Numbered from the stretch's first letter, positions 11,883 to 22,385 are shown. The stretch: 64,000 nucleotides of DNA from an uncultured Chloroflexia bacterium (GCA_963774265.1 CAVZDU010000005.1:489671-553670), one strand, 5' to 3'. Notes: generated from the sequence alone by a model not told the origin. Program-made: numbers and translations.

Positions 11883-12375
11883 GAGGGAGCCGCAGGTGAA
11901 CATCTACGCTGTCGCGACCATATTGGACAAAGCCCTGCGATGCGTAGAACGCCAGGGCATTTCTCCAATGCGGTTCTGTGAACACATGCAGGTCGAAGGC
12001 GCCGCGGCGTTGCGCGGCCGCCTTGCACGCGGCCACCAATGCCGATGCGATCCCACACCTTCTGTGCCCGGCGTCCACGGACATGCGGACGATGCGCGCC
12101 ACGCCGGCTGACTCGAAGATCAGGCCGGCGGTGCCAACGATCCGGCCGTCGAGCTCCGCGATGAAGAACTCACTCCCGCGACGACTGAAGTGTGCGTCGA
12201 TGTCGTCGAGGTCCGGGTTGGCTGTCTCGTCGATGAACCCAAAGTGCTCGCCGAGCCCGGTCAGTACGAGGGCCCGGGTCTCGGCCTGGTCGGCCGGTCG
12301 AAACGGCCGGATCAGGACGCCCTGCTGTTTTGTGATGTCGTCCTCTGTGTTCGTTGGGCAGTTATAGGCGTTCAC
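11830..12375 (-). CDS. GNAT family N-acetyltransferase
   Basis: IVGTAGL, RMSVDAGHRRCGIAS (motif A), ALAFYASQGF. Confidence 0.85.
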   Translation of the reverse strand: MNAYNCPTNTEDDITKQQGVLIRPFRPADQAETRALVLTGLGEHFGFIDETANPDLDDIDAHFSRRGSEFFIAELDGRIVGTAGLIFESAGVARIVRMSVDAGHRRCGIASALVAACKAAAQRRGAFDLHVFTEPHWRNALAFYASQGFVQYGRDSVDVHLRLPLDKSSNSLYYFSESSNL

Positions 12376-12923
12376 GATAGGCCCCGTACGCGGTATTTAT
12401 GCTGCACGAAGCCGAAATCATAGACTTGCGTGGCGATGTGGGTCAGGTGCATATCGGCAGGCAGCGGGCCGAACAGCGGCTTGCCCGCGCCTAGGAGAAT
12501 GGGGAGGACGGTGACGGTGAGATCGTCGATCAATCCCGCGGCCAGAAAGCTCTGGATCGTCCGGCCGCCGTCGATGTAGAGATGGCGCGCGCCGTCCGCA
12601 GAGAGCCTGGCGACGAGAACTGCCGGCGCCTCTTGAGAGATCGAGACGGTAGGGGGCGCTTTGCCCGGCAGCGAGCGGAGGGTGTGGCTCATAACAATCA
12701 CCGGTGTGACGCCATAGGGCCACTCGTCGAACGTCAGCACCTGCTCGAAGGTGTTGCGGCCCATGATGAGCGCGTCCACGGTCGCCATGAACTGGGCGAA
12801 GCCGAAGTCCTCACCGGGCGGTACGCCGGTATTAGCCTGTTCCAGCCAGTCGATGGCCCCGTCGGAGCGCGCGATGAAGCCGTCGAGGCTGACGCCAACG
12901 AAGACGGAACATTTAGCGGTCAT
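12372..12923 (-). CDS. Dihydrofolate reductase / RibD C-terminal family protein
   Basis: SLDGFIA, IMGRNTF, YIDGG..IQSFLAAGLID, PILLGAGKPLF. Confidence 0.9.
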   Translation of the reverse strand: MTAKCSVFVGVSLDGFIARSDGAIDWLEQANTGVPPGEDFGFAQFMATVDALIMGRNTFEQVLTFDEWPYGVTPVIVMSHTLRSLPGKAPPTVSISQEAPAVLVARLSADGARHLYIDGGRTIQSFLAAGLIDDLTVTVLPILLGAGKPLFGPLPADMHLTHIATQVYDFGFVQHKYRVRGLS

Positions 12924-13007
12924 TCTCAAGGTCCTCCCTTCTTCACAACTGCTTGTGATCCGTTTGAGCACCGATTATACTACAGGAACGAATCAGGAGA
13001 CTTGAGC

Positions 13008-13385
13008 ATGACCGGCACAACCGAACTGGAGAACTTCCTCGCCGTCCATCCCGCGAACATCCGCGATCTCGCCTTGTACGGTCGCACGCTGATCCTTGAC
13101 ATCTTCCCCGACGCGGTCGAGATGCTGGATGAGCCCGCGCGGCTGGTGGGATACGGGACCGATCGCACGTACAAAGGGCTGGTGTGCGGCCTCGCACTGC
13201 AACGCGCCTACGTCAATCTGATGTTTGCACGCGGTGCGGAGCTGCCCGATCCTACGGGCCTGCTGCAGGGGACCGGCAAACGCGGACGGCACGTCAAGCT
13301 GCGCCGGCAGGAGGATGTCGACGATCCCGCGGTGGCCGCGCTGCTTCGCGCGGCGCTGGCGCTGCACAGGCAGGCGGAGGGGTGA
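13008..13385 (+). CDS. DUF1801 (YdhG-like) domain protein
   Basis: VNLMFARGAELPDPTGLLQGTGKRGRHVKL signature; AGGAG RBS. Confidence 0.8.
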   Translation: MTGTTELENFLAVHPANIRDLALYGRTLILDIFPDAVEMLDEPARLVGYGTDRTYKGLVCGLALQRAYVNLMFARGAELPDPTGLLQGTGKRGRHVKLRRQEDVDDPAVAALLRAALALHRQAEG

Positions 13386-14023
13386 CCACGTGCGCCCACC
13401 CCTGGCCGTCGCTGGATGAAGTCACGCTCCGGGAGGCCGCTGCAGAGCTGGCCGGCCGCGATGGCCGGCTGGCGCGTATCTTCGACGCATATGGTCCGCC
13501 GCCTTTGTGGAGCCGTGAACCCGGCTTCCCCACCCTGCTCCGCATCATACTGGAACAGCAGGTGTCGCTGGCCTCGGCCAGGGCCGCGTACGACAAGCTA
13601 CTTCTCATTGCGTCACCACTCACGCCAGACCGATTTCTGGCGCTGGATGACGCGGCGCTCAAGGGGGCCGGCTTTAGCCGCCAGAAAGCGTGCTACGGTC
13701 GTGAGTTGGCAGCAGCGGTCAGGTCCGGCAGGCTCGATCTGGATCACCTGGGAATGCTGGACGATGATGCGGTGCGCCGCGAGTTGATGACCGTAAAGGG
13801 CATCGGTCGGTGGACTGCGGAAATCTATCTGCTAATGGCGCTGGGCCGGCCCGATGTGTGGCCGAGAGGCGATCTGGCGTTGGCGACCGCGGCCGGCCGC
13901 GCGCTTAACCTGGCGACTGCGCCAGGTTACGAGCAGCTGGAGGCCCTGGCGGACGCGTGGCGGCCGTGGCGCGCGGTCGCCGCGCGGTTGCTGTGGCACT
14001 TCTATCTGAGCGAAAAGGCCTGA
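13382..14023 (+). CDS. alkA: DNA-3-methyladenine glycosylase II family (HhH-GPD)
   Basis: ILEQQVSLASA, VKGIGRWTA HhH, DVWPRGD, WRPWRAVA. Confidence 0.85.
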   Translation: MTTCAHPWPSLDEVTLREAAAELAGRDGRLARIFDAYGPPPLWSREPGFPTLLRIILEQQVSLASARAAYDKLLLIASPLTPDRFLALDDAALKGAGFSRQKACYGRELAAAVRSGRLDLDHLGMLDDDAVRRELMTVKGIGRWTAEIYLLMALGRPDVWPRGDLALATAAGRALNLATAPGYEQLEALADAWRPWRAVAARLLWHFYLSEKA

Positions 14024-14253
14024 GACCTGTTGATCGGATCAGCCTGGACACTTGACCTGAACATTAGTTAATCATGTGCATGACGGATTTCACTTCGGTT
14101 TCATTTGGCCCCGTTACACTAACCAGACGAGGTAGACCAGGCACCTCCAACTCCATCACAACACGGAAGGCAAGTTGTCAGAAGCCTACCGTCTGTCTCA
14201 GGCAAATGCGCGACATACGTTTTGACTTGCGTGATTCGCAGCGGAAAGCGGCC

Positions 14254-15408
14254 ATGGCCTTCGACTTCGATCGTGTCATCGAACGCCGCACTACGGATAG
14301 CATCAAGTGGCGCCGGTATGGAGAGGCCATTCCTATGTGGGTGGCTGACATGGATTTTGCAGCACCGGAAGCTGTGATTCAGGCGCTTCATGCCCGGGTG
14401 GATCATGGCGTATTCGGCTACCCAGACGAGCCACCTATGCTGCGCGAGACGATCTGCACGTGGTTGCAGCGGCGCTTCGGTTGGACCGTTTCTTCCGACG
14501 CGTTCGTTTTCGCATCCGGCGTGGTTTCAGCCTTCAATGTCGCGTGTCGCGCCTTCTGTGCGTCGGGCGACGGCGTGTTGGTGCAGGCGCCGGTGTATCC
14601 TCACATTCGCACTGCGCCGGCTAACTTCAATCTGTCGTGCGACGAGATGGAGCTGACTCAGGATTCAAGCGGCCGCTATACGGTGGACTACAGCTGCATG
14701 GCGAACACCATAACGGACCGAACACGGCTCTTCCTGTTGTGCAATCCTCACAACCCGACAGGCCGCGCCTTCACTCGCGACGAGTTGATAGACATGGCCG
14801 ACATCTGTCTGCGCCGGGGATTGACGATCTGCTCCGACGAGATTCACTGCGACTTGATCTTTGAGCCCCATCAGCACTTGCCGATCGCCAGCCTCGATGC
14901 GGAGATCGCACGCCACACCATCACGCTGATGGCGCCGAGCAAGACATTCAACCTCCCGGGCCTGGGTTCTGCATTCGCGATTATCGAGGATCCCGACCTG
15001 CGGCAGCGATTCAGGATGGCCAGTCGCGACATCGTGCCCCACACAAACGTGTTAGGCTACACCGCCGCGCTGGCCGCCTACACCGAGGGCGAGCCGTGGC
15101 TGGAGGCGTGCATCGCTTACCTGCGCCAGAACCGTGATACCCTGATGCAGTTCGTTGCAGAGCGGCTGTCTGGCGTTTTCATGGCCTTACCCGAGGCGAC
15201 CTACCTCGCATGGCTGGACTTTCGGGCGGCAGGCCTGGGCGAAGATCCCCAGCAGTTCTTTCTCAAACATGCCGGAGTCGCTCTGAAGGAGGCTGCAGCA
15301 TTTGGCCCGGGCAGCGAAGGGTTCGCGCGTCTCAACTTTGGCTGTCCCCGCAGCACACTTTTCGAAGCTCTGGAGCGGATGGAGTGCGCTCTGCGTGGCC
15401 GGCAGTGA
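14254..15408 (+). CDS. MalY/PatB family PLP-dependent C-S lyase
   Basis: PMWVADMDF, LCNPHNPTG, SDEIHCDL, APSKTFN, ATYLAWLD. Confidence 0.95.
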   Translation: MAFDFDRVIERRTTDSIKWRRYGEAIPMWVADMDFAAPEAVIQALHARVDHGVFGYPDEPPMLRETICTWLQRRFGWTVSSDAFVFASGVVSAFNVACRAFCASGDGVLVQAPVYPHIRTAPANFNLSCDEMELTQDSSGRYTVDYSCMANTITDRTRLFLLCNPHNPTGRAFTRDELIDMADICLRRGLTICSDEIHCDLIFEPHQHLPIASLDAEIARHTITLMAPSKTFNLPGLGSAFAIIEDPDLRQRFRMASRDIVPHTNVLGYTAALAAYTEGEPWLEACIAYLRQNRDTLMQFVAERLSGVFMALPEATYLAWLDFRAAGLGEDPQQFFLKHAGVALKEAAAFGPGSEGFARLNFGCPRSTLFEALERMECALRGRQ

Positions 15409-15546
15409 TAGCCCCTTTTGAAATGCGACAGCCAGGGTGCAGCCTTCAAACACGCTTATCGAGGCCGCAGGGTCCCGAAGACAAGGCCGGCTTCAGCAAC
15501 GTGTGCGTTTTATCTGGACTTTGGTTGGGCTTGGAGGTACCTTCCA

Positions 15547-16548
15547 GTGGAGTTATTTGGAAAGAACATCTTGATTACAGGCGGGGCCGGGTTCATCGGC
15601 AGCCATCTGGTCGACCGGGTTGTGGCCGCCGGCAACTGCGTGACGATCATCGACGATTTCTCCTGCGGCAAAGAGGCGAACGTCCACCACCACCGGGGCA
15701 ATCCGCTGGTGCGCATCATTCGGGCAGACATCCGCAATTATGACGAGCTAGATCGCGCCATGAGGGGCGTGGACGTGGTCCTGCACTTGGCCGTCTGCTG
15801 CGCGCGCACCTCGGCCTCCAACCCGGCCCAAGCCGATGGAGTGAACGCCGTTGGCTCGCTGAACGTGTGCGAGGCCGCCCGGCGGCATCGTGTCAGGCGG
15901 CTGATATATGTCTCTTCGGTTGGCGTGTATGGCGACGCCCAGTACTTGCCTGTGGACGAGAGGCACCCCCTTTGGCCAACGAACATGTATGGAGCCAGCA
16001 AGGCCGCCGGTGAGATGCACGCCCTCAGCTATTGGAAAACCTATGGCCTGCCCACAGCCATCGTCCGGCTGTCGAGCACCTACGGCCCGCGCGAGCCGTC
16101 GGAGGGCAGGCGCGCCGAAGTAATACCCAAGTTCGTGATGCGCATTCGGGCTGGCGAGCGGCCAATCATCTGGGGCACCGGCGAGCAGACCCGCGATTTC
16201 ACCTACGTGGACGACATCGTGCGCGGTCTGCTCCTTGCCACGGAATGCGACGCCCTGGTTGGCGAATGTGTGAACCTGGGCCGGGGGCAGGATGTGAGCA
16301 TCGGGACGGTGTGTCGCATGATCCTGCAGAAGCTGGATCGCCCGGACCTGGAACCTGTTTTCGTCCCCAACGGGTCATCGCCGGATCGCGATCGGGCCGT
16401 TATCAATGTTTGCAAAGCAGGGCAGTTGTTTGGCTTTAAGGCCTACGTCGATATCGACGCAGGCCTGGATAGCTACATCCAGTGGATACGCCAGCAGGAC
16501 CTGGACCTGAAGTGCTGGCTGGAGCAGGATCGAACGCCGGGGACCTGA
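15547..16548 (+). CDS. NAD-dependent nucleotide-sugar epimerase/dehydratase
   Basis: ITGGAGFIGSH, YGASK, GEQTRDFTYV; GGAGG before GTG 15547. Confidence 0.9.
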   Translation: MELFGKNILITGGAGFIGSHLVDRVVAAGNCVTIIDDFSCGKEANVHHHRGNPLVRIIRADIRNYDELDRAMRGVDVVLHLAVCCARTSASNPAQADGVNAVGSLNVCEAARRHRVRRLIYVSSVGVYGDAQYLPVDERHPLWPTNMYGASKAAGEMHALSYWKTYGLPTAIVRLSSTYGPREPSEGRRAEVIPKFVMRIRAGERPIIWGTGEQTRDFTYVDDIVRGLLLATECDALVGECVNLGRGQDVSIGTVCRMILQKLDRPDLEPVFVPNGSSPDRDRAVINVCKAGQLFGFKAYVDIDAGLDSYIQWIRQQDLDLKCWLEQDRTPGT

Positions 16549-16563
16549 AAACAGAATTCCTTC

Positions 16564-16624
16564 TTGACAAGCACTGGCTCTCGTGCTAAACTGTGCAAGT
16601 GTTCGCTGATTGTGCAATTGCACA
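16564..16624 (+). promoter_or_regulatory. Sigma70 promoter and palindromic operator of the ROK operon
   Basis: TTGACA(16564)-17 nt-TAAACT(16587); perfect palindrome TGTGCAATTGCACA at 16611-16624. Confidence 0.7.
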
Positions 16625-16697
16625 TCCTCTTCGCCGCTTCGTTCAGTTGCACAGACCTGTATAGTTTGAACCGCACTTAGCCGGTGAGGGTGCTCAT

Positions 16698-17654
16698 ATG
16701 GAACCCTGGGTTGTCGGCATAGATCTCGGCGCGACCAAGGTGGCTCTCGGCCTGATCGATCCTGAGAATCGGATTGTGGCTCGCAGGCGCTTTGCGATGA
16801 CCGAGGCGCCTTCTGCAGCTGCCGTCGTGGACCGCATCGCCGGAGCGGTGACCGAACTATCCGCCAGCCTGCCCTTCGGCCAGCACCCTGTCGGCGTGGC
16901 CCTGTGCAGTCCCGGCCCGCTCGATCACCAGAGCGGCATCATCCTCGATCCTCCTAACGTACCTGCCCTGCACAACGTCCCGCTTGCGCAACTCCTCCAA
17001 GATCGACTGGCCCTGCCGGTTCGCCTGGAGCACGACGCCAAGGCCGCCGCCTTGGGCGAGTACTATTACGGTGCGGGAAAAGGCGCCCGGAGCATGGTGT
17101 ATATCGTCGTCGGCACGGGGGTCGGCGCGGCGATCATCGTGGACGGCCAACTATTCCGGGGGGAACACAACTCCGCGGGCGAGATCGGTCACGTCACCAT
17201 CGATCCGCACGGCGAGCGTTGTTCTTGCGGCTCGATCGGCTGCGTCGAGACGTTCCTCGCCGGCCCTGGGCTGGTGCGGGCATATCGCCGCTCACTGCAG
17301 GAGGCCGCGATCTTGCCCCCAGGCGCGCCCAGCCCTGACGAGGTGACGGGCGAGGTGGTCGCCCGCCGCGTGGCAGGGGGTGATCCACTGGCCGTGGTCG
17401 CGATGGCGCGTGCCGGCGAAGCGCTGGGCGTCGCAGTCGCCTCCCTGGCGATGATCCTCAATATCGACCTCTATGTTATTGGCAGCAGCGTGTCCAAGGC
17501 GGGTGATCTGTTGCTCCAACCTGCACGCGAGGCTGTGCCGCGCCACGCCTTCCGCTCGGTCGCCAGCCGCGTGCGGATCGTTAGCTGCGACCTGCCGGAT
17601 GACGGGCCCATTCTCGGGTGCGGCTGGATCATCCGCCAGGCGGTGCGGTCATAG
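16698..17654 (+). CDS. ROK family sugar kinase
   Basis: GIDLGATK, EHDAKAAALGE, GTGVG, AGEIGH, CSCGSIGCVE; no HTH. Confidence 0.92.
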   Translation: MEPWVVGIDLGATKVALGLIDPENRIVARRRFAMTEAPSAAAVVDRIAGAVTELSASLPFGQHPVGVALCSPGPLDHQSGIILDPPNVPALHNVPLAQLLQDRLALPVRLEHDAKAAALGEYYYGAGKGARSMVYIVVGTGVGAAIIVDGQLFRGEHNSAGEIGHVTIDPHGERCSCGSIGCVETFLAGPGLVRAYRRSLQEAAILPPGAPSPDEVTGEVVARRVAGGDPLAVVAMARAGEALGVAVASLAMILNIDLYVIGSSVSKAGDLLLQPAREAVPRHAFRSVASRVRIVSCDLPDDGPILGCGWIIRQAVRS

Positions 17655-17688
17655 TGGAGACCTGTTGTCCATCCGAGGAGGCTTCAAG

Positions 17689-18744
17689 ATGGTGATTCGT
17701 ATCGGCATCGTCGGTTGTGGCTCCATCAGCGAGTTCCGGCACGTCCCCGAGTACGCCGCCAATCGCAGCGCCAGGCTCGTCGCCTATTGCGACCCGCAGG
17801 GGGACAGGGCCGCGAGACTGGCAGCCAGGTACGGCGGGCGGGTCGCGACCGATTACCGTGAGATCATCGAAGACCCGGAGATTGATGCCATCAGCGATTG
17901 CTCGACAAACGAGATGCATCACATTATCACTACGGCTGCACTGGAGCACGACAAGCACGTACTTTGCGAGAAACCGATGGCGTTGACCCGCGAAGGCGCC
18001 CACATGATGCTGGATGCGAGCCGTAAGTCGGGCAAGATCTTGATGCTCGGCCACAACCAGCGCCTCGCCCCCGCGCACCGTAAGGCCAGGGCCATTCTCG
18101 AGGGCGGAGAGCTCGGCAAGGTGCTGACCTTCGCCACCGTCTTCGGGCACAAAGGCCCCGAGTACTGGAGCGCCGACAAGAGCAAGGCAACGTGGTTCTT
18201 CGATCGCGTCCGTTCGGGGTTCGGCGTCACCGGCGACCTGGGCATCCACAAGGTGGATCTCCTGCGTTACTTGTTGGATGATGAATTTGTTGAGGTTTGC
18301 GCCCAGGAAGGGGTCCTCGACAAGGTCGACTCCTCAGGTCAGCCCATTTCCAGCAGCGACAACCTGGTGGCTTTGCTCAAGACCGAACGCGGTGCTTTCG
18401 GCACGCTGACGGTGAGTTGGACCCACTACGGCCCCGAGAGCAATAGCACTACGCTCTACTGCCAGCGCGGGATCATGCAACTGTACGGCGATCCCACCTA
18501 TCAGATCGTGATCCGGAAGGTTGATGGCGAGGAGGCGCTGTATAAGGTCGGCGAGATCCAGACCAACGACAACCAGACGAACAGCGGCGTCATCGACGCC
18601 TTCATCGATGCCATCCAGCGCGGTGTCCCGCCGCCCATTACCGGTGAGGACGGTCTGCGAGGGTTGGAGGTCGTGTGGGCCGCAGTAGAATCGGCGGCTA
18701 AGGGGGTCAGGGTTCGGGTGTCACATGAGGGGCGAGGTCTGTAA
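17689..18744 (+). CDS. Gfo/Idh/MocA family oxidoreductase
   Basis: IGIVGCG, HVLCEKPMA, DLGIH. Confidence 0.92.
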   Translation: MVIRIGIVGCGSISEFRHVPEYAANRSARLVAYCDPQGDRAARLAARYGGRVATDYREIIEDPEIDAISDCSTNEMHHIITTAALEHDKHVLCEKPMALTREGAHMMLDASRKSGKILMLGHNQRLAPAHRKARAILEGGELGKVLTFATVFGHKGPEYWSADKSKATWFFDRVRSGFGVTGDLGIHKVDLLRYLLDDEFVEVCAQEGVLDKVDSSGQPISSSDNLVALLKTERGAFGTLTVSWTHYGPESNSTTLYCQRGIMQLYGDPTYQIVIRKVDGEEALYKVGEIQTNDNQTNSGVIDAFIDAIQRGVPPPITGEDGLRGLEVVWAAVESAAKGVRVRVSHEGRGL

Positions 18745-18747
18745 GAG

Positions 18748-19518
18748 ATGAAAGAAACCATCGGGAAGATTGACGGCAGGACCAAAATCGCGGCCGGCCT
18801 GTTCTGGGCCGATTACGGCGTTCTTGGCGCCCAGGTGGAGGAACTGACTGCAGGCGGCGTGGATTGGATCCACCTGGAGATGCGCGACGGCAAATACATG
18901 AACTTCAGCGTTCCGCGCGGCGGCATCGATATTCTCGAAGGGGCGCGCGACCACACCGATCTGGACATCGAAGTCCAGCTACAGATGATGCGACCTGATC
19001 ACGAACTGTTCCGCCAGTTGGCGGACGCGGGCGCCAATCCGATTTCCCTGCCCATCGAGACCACCGGGGAAACCCTGATCCAGAGCATCTCCTACATCAA
19101 AGAGACTCTGGGCCTCAAAGTAGGCGTATGGGCCTGGCAGGGTTGCCCATTGGTTTTCTTCGATCCCTACCTGCCGTTCGTAGACATCATCGAATACGAG
19201 AGCCGGGCGCCGTTCTGGGCGCCGTTGAAGCCGGGACAGAGCCCGCATACGATCGACCCGATCGTGATCGAAAGCATCGGCACGCTCCATGACATGTTGG
19301 TCGGCCGTGGAGTCGCGGACCGGGTCGATCTGATGGAAGACGGAGGCCTGAACGCCGGCAACGTCGCGCAGTTTGTTGCCGCGGGCATGACCGTGGGCGA
19401 ATTCTCCTCGCCGCTGCTCAAGGGTCCGGGCGGCAAGCTGCGCCCCGGCACGGGCGAAATCGCGGCCGCCGTGGCCCGCGTGCGTGCGGCGCTCGATCGG
19501 GCCGTGGCCGGCAGGTAA
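18748..19518 (+). CDS. Divergent ribulose-phosphate 3-epimerase family protein
   Basis: ADYGVLG..VEELTAGGVDWIHLEMRDG, MEDGGLN, AAGM pattern of the RPE barrel. Confidence 0.75.
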   Translation: MKETIGKIDGRTKIAAGLFWADYGVLGAQVEELTAGGVDWIHLEMRDGKYMNFSVPRGGIDILEGARDHTDLDIEVQLQMMRPDHELFRQLADAGANPISLPIETTGETLIQSISYIKETLGLKVGVWAWQGCPLVFFDPYLPFVDIIEYESRAPFWAPLKPGQSPHTIDPIVIESIGTLHDMLVGRGVADRVDLMEDGGLNAGNVAQFVAAGMTVGEFSSPLLKGPGGKLRPGTGEIAAAVARVRAALDRAVAGR

Positions 19519-19522
19519 CACG

Positions 19523-20683
19523 ATGACGAACACCCTCCGGCCACTCGGCATCGCTATGATCGGCTACGGCGGAATCGGGCGGGTTCACGCCATGGGCTAC
19601 CGCGACCTCGGCTTCCACTATGGCTTGCCGGCCGATGCGGTGCGACTGGTCGGCGTCGCGACGACAAGGGCCGAAACGGCTGAGAAGGCGGCGCGCGAGA
19701 TCGGTTGCCCGATCTGGACGGCCGATTACCGGGATCTGCTGGCACGTGACGATGTACAGGTCGTCGACGTGTCTGTGCCCAACGACCGGCACGAGGAGAT
19801 CGTGCTGGCCGCGGCTGCAGCAGGTAAGCACATCTACTGCGAGAAGCCACTCGCGCTGGATGCGGCCCAGGCGGAACGCATGGCGCACGCGGTCGAGGAG
19901 GCCGGTGTCAAGGCACAGGTGACCTTCAACTTCCGATTCGTTCCCGCTGTGTTGAGGGCCCGCCAGCTTCTCGACGAAGGCCTGGTCGGTCGCGTCTTTT
20001 CCTTTCGGACCTGGTATTTTCGTTCCAGTTACATCTCGCCACAGCGGCCGCTCACCTGGCGCTTCAGCCGGGAAGTGTCGGGCGGCGGCGCGCTCTTTGA
20101 CCTGGGCTCGCACCTGCTGGACCTGATCAGGTTCCTGTTGGGGGATGTGGCCCAGGTACGCGCCATGCTGGAGACGCGCATCCTCGAGCGCCCGGTAGCC
20201 GGCGATCCATCCAGGATGGGCAAGGTAGAGGTCGATGACCTGGCCTTTCTGCACATGCGGCTGGCCGACGGTACGCCCGGCGCCGCCGAGACTTCGCGGC
20301 TGGCCACCGGCGCCACGAACGACTTCGAGCTCGAGATTTTCGGCGAGTCGGGCGCCGTTCGTCTCAACCTCACCGACCCGAACTGGCTGCACATTTACGA
20401 TACACGCGCGGCGGACAAGCCGGTGGGCGGGCGCCGCGGCTACACCCGGGTGGAAACCATTCAACGTTTCGACGGCGCGCTTGCACCGGATTGGACCCAA
20501 CCGATGAGCTTCGTGCGCTCACACGCAGAATGCCAGTACCAGTTTTTGAAGGCCATCTGGGAAGATCGTGCACCCGAGCCCGATTTCTGGGACGGCGTGG
20601 CCGTCCAGGCCATGCTGGACGCGGCGCAAGCCTCCGCCCGCGAGAACCGATGGGCGGACGTTGAACGGATTGAACGGACATAA
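19523..20683 (+). CDS. Gfo/Idh/MocA family oxidoreductase
   Basis: MIGYGGIG, HIYCEKPLA, GGGALFDLGSH. Confidence 0.92.
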   Translation: MTNTLRPLGIAMIGYGGIGRVHAMGYRDLGFHYGLPADAVRLVGVATTRAETAEKAAREIGCPIWTADYRDLLARDDVQVVDVSVPNDRHEEIVLAAAAAGKHIYCEKPLALDAAQAERMAHAVEEAGVKAQVTFNFRFVPAVLRARQLLDEGLVGRVFSFRTWYFRSSYISPQRPLTWRFSREVSGGGALFDLGSHLLDLIRFLLGDVAQVRAMLETRILERPVAGDPSRMGKVEVDDLAFLHMRLADGTPGAAETSRLATGATNDFELEIFGESGAVRLNLTDPNWLHIYDTRAADKPVGGRRGYTRVETIQRFDGALAPDWTQPMSFVRSHAECQYQFLKAIWEDRAPEPDFWDGVAVQAMLDAAQASARENRWADVERIERT

Positions 20684-20703
20684 CCCCGATGATCACAACA
20701 GCC

Positions 20704-20728
20704 GGGCGACCGCAGGGGTCGCCCTTAC
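20704..20728. repeat. REP-like palindrome
   Basis: GGGCGACC-GCAGG-GGTCGCCC-TTAC; minus strand begins GTAA, resembling GTAG-class REPs. Confidence 0.45.
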
Positions 20729-20736
20729 CCCTCCAA

Positions 20737-20964
20737 ATGCACGTCCCGGTGTTCGCCGGCTATGGTGAGTTGGCCTACGAGGACCGCCTCGTGCCACATC
20801 CCCAGGCGGCCGACGACGCGCTGGTCGGAACCTTCCATCCCGGTGTTTTGATCACGCATCGTCTGCCGCTCTCGGCCCTGGCGGAGGGCGTAAGCCTGAT
20901 GCGGTCGGGACAGGCCATGAAGGTCGCCATTCAGATGGCCGAGCATGGACCCAGTCTATCGTGA
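20737..20964 (+). pseudogene. Internally deleted zinc-dependent alcohol dehydrogenase
   Basis: MHVPVFAGYGELAYEDRLVPHP..DDALV (MDR start) fused to LITHRLPLSALAEGVSLMRSGQAMKVAI (MDR end). Confidence 0.7.
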
Positions 20965-21183
20965 TATGCCGGCAGATTGGGTAAGAGAGCTTATGCGTGC
21001 CGCGGATTCTGTGTTGCGCCGCGCTGGTGCTCTCGCTTGAGGCCGTGCGCCGGGCAAGCGCCATCATCACCGCCTCACTGTTGGTGGTCGGCGGCGCCAC
21101 CTGGCTCATCCTGATGACGCATCCGGTGACCTACCCGGAAGAGTCGCTGTTGATCGGTTGAAGAAATACCGGACACAACATGC

Positions 21184-22300
21184 CTATCCCTCCCAGCTAC
21201 GCACCCCCTCGTTGACGAACTGCGTCAGCTCGCCGACGCTCAGCCGGTCGATGCCCAGCTTGTCCAGCGTACGGCCGCGGCGCCAGTAGTCGGTGCGGTG
21301 GATGATGCACGCCAGGCGGATGATCGCATCCATGCCGCGCACCGAGACGCCGATAGTGCTGGCCCAGCGCCGCAATGGGCACCAGGCTCATCGGAATGTC
21401 CTCGAAGATGTAACGATGGTTCAGCGTGCTGGGCGCCTTGATGCCATAGTAGCCGGGCTGGTTGTGGATGGCCTCGTTGAGGTCTTCGCCTTCGGCGTCG
21501 TAGGCCATCTTGAGCCACTCCTGGGCCGTCTGCGCGCGGATGCCCAGCGAGGCAGCCACGGTCACCCGCTCGCGATCCAGCACCTCCAGCACCCGCGCCA
21601 CCGACGGCGTCACCCCCTCGATGTAGAACTCGTAGTCGCCGTGGGTGGACTCGATGCGGCCCGCGTTGAGCAGGGTCAGCGCCGGATGGAAGATCGCGCC
21701 CATGTTGTCGAGCCCGGTGCGCAGCACGTTGATCCCGTCGATGAACTGCGGATAGGCCGGCGCCAGGGCTTCCAGGACTTGCGCCGTGCGCGTGGCCGGC
21801 AGCGCGGCCAGCGGCACGGCCTCCTTGATGCGGAAGATGCGCGCCTGGGCCGGGCCATCGGAACGGCTGGCATAGATGAAGGTGCCGGCCTCGGCGACGG
21901 TGACATCGGCCTGGCAGCCCTGGTCGCAGAGCACCTTGTCGAACTCGATGGCGCCCAGGGTGCGGCCAGGATGCAGCACGACGATCTGCCCGTCGCGCAG
22001 GTGCGGCGCCGCGGTCTTGGCGATCTCGGCGTGGGCCGAAGAAGGCACGACGACATGCACCACGTCGGCCTCCGCCAGCGCTTCGCCCATGTCTGACGTG
22101 ACGGCCGCCAGCCGGCCGAAGCCGTGCGGGCCGCCGTCGTAGCTCTCCAGGTCGATCCCGCGGCGAGCCTTGATGGCCGCCACGCGCTCGGGGGTGCGGT
22201 TGAACAGGGTCACGCGGAATCCCATCAGCGCCAGGTGGGCGGCCATCGCCTTGCCGCCGTGCCCCGCGCCGATGACGGTGTAGTTTGGAGTCGTGCTCAT
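21184..22300 (-). CDS. NAD/NADP octopine/nopaline (opine) dehydrogenase family (frameshift near 21350)
   Basis: VIGAGHGG, PGRTLGA, N..AIFHP, D.ERVTVA, HRYIFEDIPMSLVP, YWRRGRTL. Confidence 0.9.
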
Positions 22301-22385
22301 TGACTGCCTCCTCATGGAATAGAGTGGATCAGGCCACGAGACGGCGGAGTGCTGTCTCACGGCCTCGACCGTGCGGAGCCGTTAC

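Noticed and set aside
14123-14195. Possible riboswitch before the MalY/PatB gene
   Set aside because: One plausible stem only; no SAM-I or T-box consensus seen
16381-16396. GATCGCGATC palindrome in the epimerase gene
   Set aside because: No apparent length gain in the protein and different geometry
20997-21161. 54-aa hydrophobic ORF
   Set aside because: Weak RBS and no recognisable family; probably a remnant
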